From the NCBI RefSeq assembly GCF_963921235.1, contig NC_086101.1, forward strand, positions 31,620,001-31,684,000: a DNA stretch of 64,000 nt. Reading direction: 5' to 3'. The notes under the pieces are model-generated. The model had not been told where the DNA came from, made no database searches, and saw only the letters and a program-made list of their open reading frames with translations. This document shows, one piece after another, positions 36,805 through 49,590 of the stretch. The translations under genes and the position numbers were made by a program. Numbering within the stretch: position 1 is the first letter of the stretch; every line of letters starts with the position of its first letter. This DNA is from Mobula hypostoma (taxonomy: Eukaryota).

Positions 36805-37495
36805 CTTGAATTGAATTGACTTTATTACTTACACCTTTCATATACATGAGTCAACGTCTTTACATTACATCTCCATCTAAATGTGTAATGTGCAAATTAT
36901 AGTCATTTATAATAAATAGCATGTACAACAGGATGTCAATATAACATAGAAATACAATTGTATCAGCATGAGTTCGTAAGTCTGATGGCCTGGCGGAAGA
37001 AGCTGTCCCGGAGCCTGTTGGTCCTGGTTTTTATGCTGTGATACCTTTTCCCGGATGGTAGCAGCTGGAACAGTTTGTGGTTGGGGTGACTCGGGTCCCC
37101 AATGATCCTTCAGGCCCTTTTTACACACCTGTCTCTGTAAGTGTCCTGAATAGTTGGAAGTTCACATCTACAGATGCGCTGGGCTGTCCACACCACTCTC
37201 TGCAGAGTCCTGCGATTGAGGGAGGTACATTTCCCCATACCAGGCAGTGATGCAACCAGTCAGGATACTCTCAATTGTGCCCCTGTAGAAAGTCCTTGGG
37301 ATTTTGGGGCCATACCAAACTTTCTCAACCATCTGAGGTGAAAGAGGAAATTTTGTGCCTTTTTTACCACACAGCTGGTGTGTACAGACCACGTGAGGTC
37401 CTCGGTGATGTGGATGCTGAGGAAATTAAAGCTGTTCACCATCTCAACCCCAGATCCATTGTCAACAGGGGTTAGACTGTCTCCATTCCTCCTGC
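36805..37495 (-). mobile_element. Rex1/Babar LINE 3' portion with (TTCAA)n tail
   Basis: (aattg)n tail at about 36806; VEMVNSFNFLSIHITEDLTWS..KKAQ; FYRGTIESILTGCITAWYG. Confidence 0.8.
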
Positions 37496-37499
37496 ATTT

Positions 37500-38040
37500 T
37501 TCCTCCTTGGAAGTTTTCATGTTTTATTGTTTTTAACAGCACTGAATCACAATGGATTTAATTTGTTTTGTTTGACACTGATCAACAGAAAAGACTCTTA
37601 CCTGACAAAGTGCAAACAAATTTCTTCAAGTTGGTCTAAATGTATTACAATTATTAGAATCAAAATAATTGAGTGCATAATTACTCAGCCCCTTCAAGTC
37701 AGTATTGAGTAGATGCACCTTTGGCAGAACTTACAGCCTTCAGTCTGTGTGGATAGCTCTTTCTGGATAGTCTCTGTGCGCACATCTGACACTGAAATTT
37801 TTCCCCATTCCTCTTTATGAAACTGCTCAAGCCCTGTCAGATTGCATGGGGATCGTGAATGAACAGCCCTTTTTTAAGTCCAACCACAAATTCTCAATTC
37901 GATTGAGGTCTGGACTCTGACTTGGCCACTCCAGGACATTAACTTTGTTGTTTTTAAGCCATTCCTGTGTAGCTTTGTCTTTATGCTTGGGGTCATTGTC
38001 TTGCTGGAAAACAAATCTCCCAAGTCGCAGTTCTCTTGCT
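37500..38040 (-). mobile_element. Tc1 right-end fragment
   Basis: TIR sequence ccttggaagttttcatgttttattg and the transposase 3' region (cagagtccagacctcaatcgaattgag on minus), same family as 21771-23387. Confidence 0.8.
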
Positions 38041-38525
38041 GAGGTACTGAGGTCTCACAGTCAGGAAGTCTAGGATCCAGCTGCAGAGGGAGGTGTTCAG
38101 GCCCAGAAGTTTCAGCTTTCCAATCAGGTGCTGAGGAACGATTGTGTTGAATGCTGAACTGAAGTCCACGAACAGCATTCGAACGTACGTGTCTTTTTTG
38201 TCCAGGTGGATGAGGGCCAGGTGGAGGGTGGTGGCGATGACATCTTCCGTTGAGCGGTTGGGACGATATGCGAACTGCGAGTGAGGGGGGCAGCAGAGTC
38301 TTGATGTGCCTCTGGAAACACTTCATGATGATGAATGTCAGTGCAATGGGACAGTAGTCGTTGAGGCAGGACACTGAAGAGCTCTTTGGCACAGGGACGA
38401 TTGTGGCGGCCTTGAAGCACATTGGAATGACGGCGCTGCTAAGGGAGATGTTGAAGATGTCAGTAAGAACATCTGCCAGCTGGTCTGCACATCCTCTGAG
38501 CACTCTGCCAATTCCTCTCCTGAAT
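38040..38525 (-). mobile_element. Rex1/Babar RT fragment
   Basis: [22 protein letters not shown]...VPVPK...[10 protein letters not shown] and [15 protein letters not shown]. Confidence 0.85.
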
Positions 38526-38914
38526 GGCAACTCCTGTTCATAAAATACATTCCCTCAATTTTGTCCCAATATCACTTGACAGTAAATTTTCAGCTCTTCC
38601 TTTTCACACTTAACCCCTTCATCCCAGGGAAGAACTGACTCCACTTACTCCAATGCCAGCACATCCTGTCAAGTGCTCTTCTTTCATACTGCTCATCTCT
38701 TGCGATAGGCTACTGCACTAGATTTTAGCGATATTTACACTTAGCTACTGAGAAAATTCAAGCCACTGCACCTTTGGCATTCAAAACCCAGGTTAAGTAG
38801 GATCACTCAAACACTCACCACTTATCTCTAGTCCATTTCTCAGTTTAGTGTCCCTAAAGCATTAAACATGCAATAGCTGGAAATATTTGACCAGAAATTC
38901 TAACTGAGAAAGGA

Positions 38915-41900
38915 ACAGGGGACGACTGCACAAGCGCGTGAAAGTCGGACCGTGAGGCAGCAGGAGAGTTTAAAAGTGAGGGGGGAGATGGAGTAGGGGG
39001 AGACAGAGTAGGAAGGCTTTGGCTCGAGAGGCTTCGGCCAGCAGAGGCTGAGGATGAGCTTCACTCCAAGTGAGGCAAGGCCGGGTAAGTTCCTTAAATT
39101 AATTTAATTACCTTAAGAGTAGGTAATGGAGGCAGCAGTTAGGGCAGTCGAGTGCTCCGTTTGCAGGATGTGGGAAGTCATGGCGAGCACAATCGTCCCT
39201 GATGACTACACCTGTGACAGGTGCATCCAGCTGCAGCTCCTGACAAACCGAGTTAGGGAACTGGAGCTGGAGCTGGATGAACTTCGGATCATTCGGGAGG
39301 CAGAGGCAGAAATAGAGAGGAGTTACAGGGAGATAGTCACCCCTAAGAGTCAGGAAACAGGTAGCTGAGTGACTGTCAGGAGAGGGAAGGGGAATAGACA
39401 GAATGAGCAGAGCACCCCTGTAGCTATTCCCACCAATAATAAGTACATTGTTTTGGATACTGTTGATGGGGAAGACCTACCAGGGACAAGTTGCAGTGGT
39501 TGCGTCTTTGGCACCGAGACGGGACCCTCAGCTCAGAAGGGAAGGAGGGAAAAGAGGAGAGCAGTGGTGATAGGGGATCCGATAGTTAGGGGGACAGATA
39601 AGAGGTTCTGTGGAGGAAATCGAGAATCCCGGATGGTCTGTTGCCTTCCTGGTGCTAAGGTCCACAATATCCTTGATCGAGTTCTCAGTATTCTCAGGAG
39701 GGAGGGTGAGCAGCTGGATGTTGTGGTCCATGTAGGGACCAATAACATGGGTAGGAGGAGTGAGGAGGTCCTGAAAGACAAGTATAGGGAGATAGGCACC
39801 AAGTTAAAGACCAGGACCTCCAGGATAGCAATCTCAGGATTGCTACCAGTGACACGTGCAGGCAGGTTTAGAAATAGTAAGATATCGCAGATCAACACGT
39901 GGCTGAAGACATGGTGCAGGAGGGAGAGCTTCAGATTTACAGATAATTGGGCAGTTCTCCAGGGAAGGTGGGACCTGTTCCGGCAGGATGGTTTACATCT
40001 GAACTGGAGGGGGACAAATATTCTTGCAGGTAGGTTTGTTAGAGAGGCTCCAGTGGATTTAAACTGGATACAATGGGGGAGGGGAACCAGAGAGTAGGAA
40101 CAGAAGTAGGGGAGAAGGAAGAAAACGAAAATAAAGTTGTTTGCACTGTTAGTGATAAACAGAGAGACAGGTGGAAAATTTCTTAAATGCATTTATTTTA
40201 ATGCCAGGATCATTATAAGAAAGGTGGAAGAGCTTAAAACATGGATTGATACCTGGAAGTATGACGTGGTAGCTATTAGTGAAACATGGTTGCAGGAGGG
40301 GTGTGATTGGCAACTAAATATTCCTGGATTTCGTTCCTTCAGGTACGATAGAATCGGAAGGGCAAGAGGGGGAGGTGTTGCATTGCTTGACAGAAAATAT
40401 TACAGCAGTGCTCTGGCAGGATAGATTAGAGGGCTCGTCTAGGGAGGCTATTAGGTGGAATTGAGGAATGGGAAAGGTGTAGTAACACTTATAGGGGTGT
40501 ATTATAGACAATCTAATGGGGAGCGAGAATTGGAGGAGCAAATTCGTAAGGAGCTAGAAGATATTTGTAGTAAGCACAAGGTTGTGATTGTGATTTCCAC
40601 ACAGACAGGAAAGCCCATGCTGTAAAGGGGCTGAATGGTTTGGAGTTTGTAAAATGTGTGCAGGATAGTTTTTTGCAGCAATACATAGAGGTACCAAGAG
40701 AAGGGGCAGTGTTGGATCTCCTGTTAGGGAATGAGATACGTCAGGTGACAGAGATATGTGCTGGGGAGCACTTCGGGTCCAGTGATCACAATGCCATTAG
40801 TTTCAATATAATTATGGAGAAGGATAGGTCTGGACCCAGGGTTGAGATTTTTGATTGGAGAATGGCTAACTTTGAGGAGATGCGAAAGGATTTAGAAGTA
40901 GTGGTTTGGGACAATTTGTTTTATGGGAAGGATGTAATAAAGAAATGGAGGTCATTTAACGGTGAAATTTTGAGGGTACAGAAACTTTATGTTCCTGTTA
41001 GGATGAAAGGAAAGGTTAAAAGTTTGAGAGAGCCATATTTTCAAGGGATCTTGGAAACTTGGTTCAGAAAAAGAGATATCTACAATAAATATAGGCAGAA
41101 TGGAGTAAATGAGGTGCTCGAGGAATATAAAGGATATAAAAAAAATCTTAAGAAATTAGAAAGGCTAAAAGATGATATGAGGTTGTTTTGGCAAGTAAGG
41201 TGAAAATAAATCCAAAGGGTTTCTACAGTTATATTAATAGCAAAAGGATAGTGAGGGATAAAATTGGTCCCTTAGAGAATCAGAGTGGATGGCTATGTGT
41301 GGAGCCAAAAGAGATGGGGGAGATTTTGAACAATTTCTTTTATTCGGTATTCACTAAGGGGAAGGATATTGAATTGTGTAGGGTAAGGGAAACAAGTAGG
41401 GTGGTTATGGAAACTATGATGATTAAAGAAGAGGAAGTACTGGCGCTTTTAAGGAATATGAAAGTGGATAAGTCTCCGGGTCCTGACAGGATACTCCCTA
41501 GGACCTTGAGGGAAGTTAGTGTGGAAATAGCAAGGGCTCTGACAGAAATATTTCAAATGTCATTAGAAACGGGGATGGTGCCAGAGGATTGATGTATTGC
41601 TCATGTTGTTCTATTGTTTAAAAAGGGTTCTAAGCGTAAACCTAGCAGTTATCGGCCTGTGAGTTTGACGTCAGTGGTGGGTAAATTGATAGAAAGTATT
41701 CTTAGAGATGGTATATATAATTATCTGAATAGACAGGGTCTGATTAGGAACAGTCAACATGGATTTGTGCGTGGAGGGTCACGTTTGACAAATCTTATTG
41801 AATTTTTTTTTTTGAAGAGGTTACTAGGAAAGTTGACGAGGGTAAAGCGGTGGATGTTGTCTATATGGACTTCAGTAAGGCCTTTGACAAGGTTCCACAC

Positions 41901-42987
41901 AGAAGGTTAGTTAGGAAGGTTCAATCGTTAGGTTAGAGACGCCAAAGAGTAGTGGTGGATAACTGTGTGTCAGATTAGAGGCCGGTGACTAGTGGTGTGC
42001 TTCAGGGATCCGTACTGGGTCCAATGTTGTTTGTCAAATACATTAATGATCTGGATGATGGGGAGGTAAATTGGATTAGTAAGTATGCAGATGATACTAA
42101 GATAGGTGGCGTTGTGGATAACGAAGTAAGTTTTCAAAGCTTGCAGAGAGATTTAGGCCAGTTAGAAGAGTGGGCTGAAAGAGGGTAGATGGAGTTTAAT
42201 GCTGATAAGTGTAAGGTGCTACATTTTGATAGGACTAATCAAAATAGGACATACATGGTAAATGGTAGGGCATTGAAGAATGCAGTAGAACAGAGGGACC
42301 TAGGAATAATGGTGCATAGTTCCCTGAAGGTGGAATCTCATGTGGATAGGGTGGTGAGGAAAGCTTTTGGTATTCTGGCCTTTCTAAATCAGAGCATTGA
42401 GTATAGGAGTTGGGATGTAATATTAAAATTGTACAAGGCATTGGTAAGGTCAAATTTGGAGTACTGTGTACAGGTCTAGTCACCAAATTATAGGAAAGAT
42501 GTCAACAAAATATGGAATACAGAGATTATATACTAGAACATTACCTGGATTTCATCACCTAATTTACAGAGAAAGATTGAACAAGTTTGGAGCATAGAAG
42601 GTTGACGGGGGACTTGATAGAGTTATTTAAAATTATGAGGGGGATAGACAGAGTTGACGTGGATAGGCTTTTTCCATTGAGAGTGGGGGAGATTCAAACA
42701 AGAGGACATGAGTTGAGAGCTAGGGGGAAATGTTTAGGTGTAACATGAGGGGGAACTTCTTTACTCAGAGAGTGGTAGCTGTGTGGAACGAGCTTCCAGC
42801 AGAAGTGGTAGAGGCAGGTTCAATATTGTCATTTAAAGTAAAATTGGATAGGTATATGGACAGGAAAGGAATGGAGCGTTATGGGCTGAGTGCAGGTCGG
42901 TGGGACTAGGTGAGAGTAAGCGTTCGGCACGGACTAGAAGGGCCGAGATGGCCTGTTTCTGTGCTGTAATTGTTATATGGTTATATA
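38915..42987 (+). mobile_element. Near full-length CR1 LINE (ORF1 zinc finger/coiled coil/SGNH esterase; ORF2 APE-RT), defective
   Basis: ORF1 from ATG 39126 (CSVCRMWE...CDRC, coiled coil, VVIGDPIVRG) with one in-frame stop; ORF2 CIYFNARII, YDVVAISETW, YRPVSLTS, YADD; (GTTATATG)-type tail; many frameshifts. Confidence 0.95.
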
Positions 42988-43125
42988 GGAATTTCTACTC
43001 CCTTTCTGGCCCATTAGAAGCACAATTTGAGAATCTCAGCATCTGCTGACAAACCCCGTGGCTGAACTCTGCCTCACTACTGGAGCAAAGACCAGTTGTA
43101 TTCACAGGGGGTGGAATACTCAGTC

Positions 43126-43151
43126 CTAGCCAAGAGGCAACTGAATGACTG
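43126..43151 (-). CDS. Candidate terminal cytoplasmic exon of the class II beta gene (AVIQLPLG-stop); unconfirmed
   Basis: Pyrimidine-rich acceptor tttttccctaatcag followed by a phase-1-compatible short ORF ending TAG. No poly(A) hexamer is seen before the CR1 end at about 42987, and other candidates exist. Confidence 0.2.
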
Positions 43152-43538
43152 CTGATTAGGGAAAAAGTCCTCGCCCATCCTAGACTTGCACCAGTCTGGG
43201 ATGGAAACAGGAAGCTGGAGCCACTATCCAGATATTGATGGAGCAGAAATGGAGGGTCCAGATTCACAACCTCCCACCCACTCTAAACTCCACTCTGCCC
43301 CAGAAGGTTGGGGATTGGCGGGGGGGGGCGGGGAGAAGAAGAAGAAAAAAAATCATTCAGGAACAGACCCTTCAAGCCTATCATATCCATGCTGATCCCA
43401 GGAAAAGGCAGATAATTCTCTAAAATAGTTCTAGTATGTTTTGACAATTTATGACTTTGGATTCCAAGTAGAGTGGATGAATAAAAGGAACGCATGTTAG
43501 CCAGACCCCTTCAGTGCCCACCTCAGACAGAAGCACAC

Positions 43539-43655
43539 CTTTCGCATTCTTCAGCTTCATGATAACTGCTGCCAGCAGGATGAGCAGCTCGAACACAAAG
43601 CCCAAAGCTCCCACGATGATCTTTGTTCTCTCTGATTCTGGCGTGATCTGCACTT
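43539..43655 (-). CDS. MHC class II beta chain, connecting peptide/transmembrane exon
   Basis: 117-nt exon, acceptor gtttcccttgggcag|AA, donor AAA G|gtgtgc, phase 1/1. EVQITPESERTKIIVGALGFVFELLILLAAVIMKLKNAK matches the class II beta pattern (PESxRxK..GxxGFV..basic stop-transfer). Confidence 0.9.
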
Positions 43656-46600
43656 CTGCCCAAGGGAAACAATTTCTTAGAGCAGGATGGGGAGATGTCC
43701 AGGATCTAGACGCCGCAACCAACAAGATCTGACACTGGAGTAATCTCCATCTGTACCAGGGAAATTATCTTCAGCTGTAGAACAATGCTGTAAGTTTTTA
43801 AAAATCAGAAATTAAGTGGAGAAATTAACCCCCACGTCTTTTCTGGGGCCATCAGAAGTGCAATGCTGGGATGTGGGATGTGGGAATTTGTGGTAAGGAA
43901 CTGGTTCAGGGCAAACATTTGGTTGCTCCCAGGGCACTGCTGGACACAGACTTGAGTGAAGGTTCTGCCCAAGTAGTGAAATCCATCAATATCTTAGGGC
44001 TAGTGCAGTATGGGGTCTGCTGCCCAGATGAGAGTTACACCAGGCCCTGTAGCCTGGGGAAGGACTATGTTTTCAGTAACATTTACACAACTTTCTGCAC
44101 ACTGAACACTATACTTGGTTTAACTGTGCAGCACGTTAATCAGCATCTAACAATGAAAAGCCAGCAATTTATTTCCCTGTGCTGATGAATGGCCCCAAGT
44201 GAGAAACTGACTGTTTGTCCATTGATGCTACTTGCTGAATGTTTCCAACAATTTTTTTAATGTAAAAGTGTCAGAGCAATATAGCACAGATAGAGGCCCT
44301 TCAGCCCAGCATCCATTCCAATCATAGTGTCCACCCATTGTGTACCAATTTCCGGCATTCAGTCCATATCCCTCCAAGAGCTGCTCTTCCATGGGCTTCT
44401 CAAGTTATAGTATAACACCTGCCCCAGCCATTCCCTCTGGAAGCTTGTTACATATATTCACCACCCTCTGCCCCAGGAAAAGCTGTGCCTTTAAGCATTG
44501 CCCTCACCCCAAATCTATACCCTAGTTTCAGAACAACTTGGGGTAAAGATGGTTATCATCCACATTACCCATGCTCCACAGTTTCTAAACTTCTACAAGA
44601 TCACTCATTCTCTTATGCTCAAAAGCCTTTTCCCATCACTCAGGCAATCCAGTCCTGGCAATACTCACTTTTCTGCACCCTTCCTATTTAACCAAGGCTC
44701 TATAACAGGGTGTGATGCACAGCACTCCAGGTGCAGCATCACCATTAACATAAAATAGCAACGTAACATCAACTCATACTTACCCTGACTATTGAAGGCC
44801 AGTGTTAAAGCTGTATCACCTCGTCTGCCCGTGATGCAGCATATAATGAAATGCATTTGAATAAAGGGATCTTGGCCTGCAATTATCCTCTAGTACGCTA
44901 CCATTCATTGAAGCCCTACACTGGCTTGATTTTCCCCAAATGCCCCAAATGCAAAAGATTAGCTTTGTCACATGTACATCAAAACACACAGCAACATGTC
45001 ATGTCAACTTTAATCAGGGATGATTGTGCTAGGGTAGCTGCAAATATCACCACACATTGATACCAACAAAGCAAGGCTACAACTCACCAACCCCAAACAT
45101 ACATTTTTTGAATGTGGGAGGAAACCAGAGCACCTGGAAGAAACCTATGTGGTCATGGGAAGTGTACAAACACCTTACAGACAGAATTGAATCCCATATT
45201 ACAGCTGGCAGTAATAGCTTTACTCTAATCATTATGCTGCCCTCATTTCTGTATTAAATCTATTTGCCACTCTTCAGCAGACTTCCCTAACTGACAAGAA
45301 TCCTCCGGTAATCTTATGATAACCTTCACCACTAACACCCAATTTCATACCATCCACGAATTTACTGCTCAAACCTTGTTGATTTGGATGAAATGCACAA
45401 GCTTCCAACACCCACATCATGATCACTAAATCAGTCTCAATTCCACAAAATTTACGATCACCCCCCTCTGCTTCCCATCTCCAAGCAAATTTTGAACCCA
45501 CATAATTAGTTCTCGATTTCATGAGACCAAACCTTCCAGGACCTTGCAGGGGGTATGGAGGGAAGGCTGGTACAGGGTTCTGAGTTGGATGATCAGCCAT
45601 GATCATACTGAATGGTGGTGCAGGCTCGAAGGGCCGAATGGCCTACTCCTGCACCTATTTCCTATGTTTTTTATGTTTCTAAAACAAATTTATCAACCAT
45701 GACTTTCCATACAAAAACTATGCATACTCCTAATCAGACTATCTATTCAAATGCTGGTATATCCTGTCACTCAATTCTCTCCAGCAACTTCCTCACTGAG
45801 GTCAGACTGACTGGGCTGTCGTTCCCTAGCTTGCTCCTGCCATCTTTCTTGAAAACTTAAGCCACCTTCCAGCATTCAGGAATTTTGGTGGCTAAAAATC
45901 AAGGGCTTCTACAATTTAATCTCTATTCCCTCAAAGTTCAAAGATAGATTTCAGGTGCTAGGAATTATTCACCATAATGCACTGCAAGGCTTTAAATATC
46001 TCCTGCCTAGTAATGTGAATGTTGTCCAAAGCAGCTCCACTTCTCATTACCTCTGGAGTAGATCTTCAGTAATTTATTAAAAATCATTTCCTGTAGCTCA
46101 AGACATATGCTGGCTGGCTAGCTGATCTCTAAAGGGACTTACTCCCTAGCCACCCTTAAAATTACCAAGGAATCCCCTTTTTCTTCACCTCACCTGCCAA
46201 ATCAATGTCACAACTACCAGATTTCCCTTGAGTATCCTGATTCAAAGGATCCACTCATCACTTACCTCCTAAATCCAACATACCATTTCAATCTCTTGTC
46301 CACAGCCTCACTCTCAGCTAGGGTTCCCATTCACCTAAACAGATGGTGCACCTGGACTCTTGATATATTGCTCTTAAAAGCCTCCCACTCACCATTCATT
46401 CCTTTCCCTTCAAACAGACTCTCCTAATTGACCTCTAGATTTGGTAATTCCCCCACAATTAGCCATGCTTCAGTTTAGGGCCTAACCTGTGAATTTATCC
46501 TATCATTGCCCATCATTGACAGAATTAGTATCACTAGAGCCAAAGTGCTCCCTGACTGCCATTTCACTACTATATCCAAGGTTGAGTATTGCATCTTCCT

Positions 46601-47825
46601 GAATATGGCCCTTTATATTGACTGAAAGTTTCCTGGATACATTTCACATAATCCATTCTATCCAGGCCATTAATACCAATTAGTTTAGTCAGTACTTATG
46701 TTAAGTTTTCCTAATACAACCTTAGGCTTCTTAAAGATTTCATATTTCAGGCATCTGCAACATTTTTCATTTGCAATTTAAAGCTCCCTCTTCACTTTCA
46801 ATCTGTAAACCTCTCGCTCAGTTAGGACCAAATCATTGACATGGCACAGGAAGCAAGGGACAGTACTGACAATGAACCCCTACTGGTAAACACTTGACAC
46901 ACACCCACCATTATCACTCACTTCCTGTCACAATTTCAATCCAACTTACCTCTTCCTGTATCCCACGGACATTCAATTTGACCATTCTATGTGACACTTG
47001 TCAAAATCTGTGCAGGTGAAGGCATTGATATCAATCTTGCTGTTATCACAAGTGGGCATCACCTTAAATTTACAGTACCTGTTCAGTTATCCAACCTTCG
47101 AATCCTACCTTGAAGTATTTTACAACATCTTGCGAGCACATTTAACTATTTGTTTCAACTGTTCTGTCCTTTAGCTAGCACAGCAGTCCTCCAGTTCTTC
47201 AGAACAACTCTTGTGACTAGGAGTGACTGATGACACTTGTGTCAGTGGGAGCATTCATGCCGCAGTTCTGTAGGGCAGTTTTGTTGTGTGGGTTTGTTGC
47301 TTCCATCTGTGGGTGATGCTGCAAAGACCAGTTCTCCAAATACAAAAATCAGGTTCACAATTGTTTAAATAACCATTGTGTAATGAAAGTCCATTGTGGT
47401 CCAGAATAGGAATACAGATAAATTCAAAGCAAAATTATCGAAGTACATTTATGTCGTCATATTAATAGATTAATTTTCTTGCAAGCATTCACAGCAAATA
47501 CAAAAATACAATAAAATCAATGAAACATTACTCAAAGACAAAAAGACCAATTTACAAAAGACAACAAATCATGCAAACAAAAAGAAAATATATTCAATAA
47601 ATAGGAACATGAGATGAAGAATTCATAGGTTGTGGGAACAGTTCAGTGAAGTTATCCTCTCTGGTTCAAGAGCCTGATGGTTGAGGGGAACATTAATGTT
47701 CCTGAACCTGGTGGTGGGAGTCCAGAGGATCTTGTACTTAATTCCCAAGATCAAAACTGCTTTTGAAATGGTATTAGAAAGATTGGAATAAATTAATTTT
47801 CTTATCCTGCATTGATCTGTAATAG

Positions 47826-48085
47826 TGTAGCAGTTAGTGCAAGGCATTCTGGAGTTCAGAGTTCAATTTCAGTGCCATCTGCAAGAAGTTTGTACACCCT
47901 CTGCTTGGAATAAGTGGGTTATCACCAAGTGTTCCAGCTTTCTCCCACAGCCCAAACATGTACCAGGTAGGTCAATTACTCATTGTAAATTGAGCCATGG
48001 TCAGGTTAGGGTTAATCAGGTTTGACGGGGGTTGCTGGGGCAGTGCAGCTTGAAGAGCTGGAAGAGCCTACTCTGCATAAATAAT
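47826..48085 (+). mobile_element. tRNA-derived SINE (HE1-like) in intron 3
   Basis: tagtgtagcagttag...gagttcaat (box A/B-like), then ttctcccacagcccaaacatgtacc; similar pieces at about 6295-6480 and 45040-45200. Confidence 0.5.
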
Positions 48086-48403
48086 ATATTTTTTACATTT
48101 GGTGATACAGTGCAAAGTCTGACAGAACTATTGGAAAAGACAAGCTGGAATAAATGAGCACAAGAGAAACTAAATATTCTGTTTCCATGTTTGCAGCCTT
48201 ATCTCTATAATGGGCAAAGAGAAGATGTTTGAATTCACAGCAGGCCTAGTGAATGACATTGTCCAAAAAGATATTTGGAAAGTTCCTCTGGAAAAGCTGT
48301 ACTTTGTCTTTGTGCCTTGTCTATTTTAGCAGTGTGTAGAAATTAGTAGACAAGCAAAGACAAAGGCTGCACTGAGCACTGGCTCCAGCTGCTCTGCACT
48401 TAC

Positions 48404-48688
48404 CCCAGTCCATGGTCATGGGCTCCGTCAGGCTGCTGTGCTCCACGTGACAGGTGTATTTATCCCCAGACACTGGGTCATACTGCAGGAGTTCCTCCAC
48501 CTGGTACGTCCAATCACCATCTGACAACAGGACCGTATTGATGGCTCCATTGGGAACTGGGGCTCCATTCTTCATCCATGTGACTTTAATCTTTGGAGGG
48601 TAAAACCCAGTGACATGACAGGTGAGCAGGGCCAACTGCCCTGACTGGGAGGGCAAGACTTTAGGTCGGATGGTGATCTCAGGTTCAA
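48404..48688 (-). CDS. MHC class II beta chain, beta2 (C1-set Ig) domain exon
   Basis: 285-nt exon, acceptor tttctcctccag|TT, donor TGG G|gtaagt, phase 1/1. VEPEITIRP...LLTCHVTGFYPPKIKVTWMKNG...LLSDGDWTYQ...YTCHVEHSSL...MDW has the class II beta2 motifs; in frame with the beta1 exon. Confidence 0.96.
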
Positions 48689-49590
48689 CTGGAGGAGAAA
48701 CAGTTAGACATGTAGAACAGGGCAACTTCAGAAAACCTGATTGGTCTCCATTTACCGAAAACCTCCACTGCAGTCACCCAGCTGCTGAATACTGATTTAA
48801 AAAAACTGATATTCTAGTGAAGGTTAATCCAGACAAGGTGGAGATCCCAACTGACTAATGATTTTAGGGGCAGCACATTTTGTCTCAGGCTTTGCCACAA
48901 CTGCAGTATTTATCCACTGTCATAGAAGCAGCCAACAGCCCCATAGTTTCCTGATTTACAAACTCCTGCACCAAACCCATGACCCCCACTGTGCCTAAAA
49001 CTTGTCCAACGGTAGCCCAATGTTCTGGCAGTCACAGTGGCAAAACAACTGTCCAGGAGTCCAACATCAGATGGCGTTACTGAAGGTCCAGAGGATTCCC
49101 CATCCATTCTTCAGTGAGGTGGGAGAGTTTAAGAATGGGGATACTGACAGCTAGCTACCAAAGGCAATTTTCTTTCTGAAATAGACATTTCCTACATTCC
49201 ACTAACAGGAGATACTTAATCCCAACATACACAAGAGTCAAAGACTAGGACATTAACTAGCAGATTACATATAACCAGTCCCTGTAAAACACAGTCCTAC
49301 AACCAAATATATTAATAGCTGATGAAAATGTGAATGGTGGGTTAGTGAGTTTGCAGATGACCCAATGTTTAGAGGAGTTAGAGACAGTGCAAGGTCTGTC
49401 AAAGGATACACGATATAGAACAGTTACAGATATAGACAAATAGAGAGGAATTTAATCTGAGCAGGTGAGATGCTGTACGTCAGGATGCTCAAGGGGATGT
49501 ATACTGTAAATGGTAGGTCCCTTAAAAGCATTGACAGACGGATCCTGAGGCTCAAGTCCATTGCTTCTTGAAAGTAAATAGTAAATAAGG

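Larger units (their letters stand above)
20187..36970 (+). repeat. Segmental duplication, copy B
   Basis: 20187-27972 matches 1-8510 (minus the CR1 insert); 36290-36970 matches 9506-10150; 27973-36289 has no counterpart in copy A. Confidence 0.92.

Noticed and set aside
38641-38720. Strong minus-strand donor GA|gtaagt as a further MHC exon
   Set aside because: The only open frame is not phase-compatible with the TM exon and the acceptor is weak.
38890-38915. TSD for the full-length CR1 (agaaattcta vs aggaatttcta)
   Set aside because: Only a partial match and not positioned cleanly at both ends.
48404-48688. W-category MHC beta chain
   Set aside because: beta2 keeps the class II-type D-W-T-Y-Q tryptophan and the other exons follow ordinary class II beta patterns; I see no W-category-specific features.
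48737-48744. Perfect Y-box CTGATTGG near the beta2 acceptor
   Set aside because: No X-like box at the required spacing; it lies in the branch-point region on the opposite strand and is likely chance.
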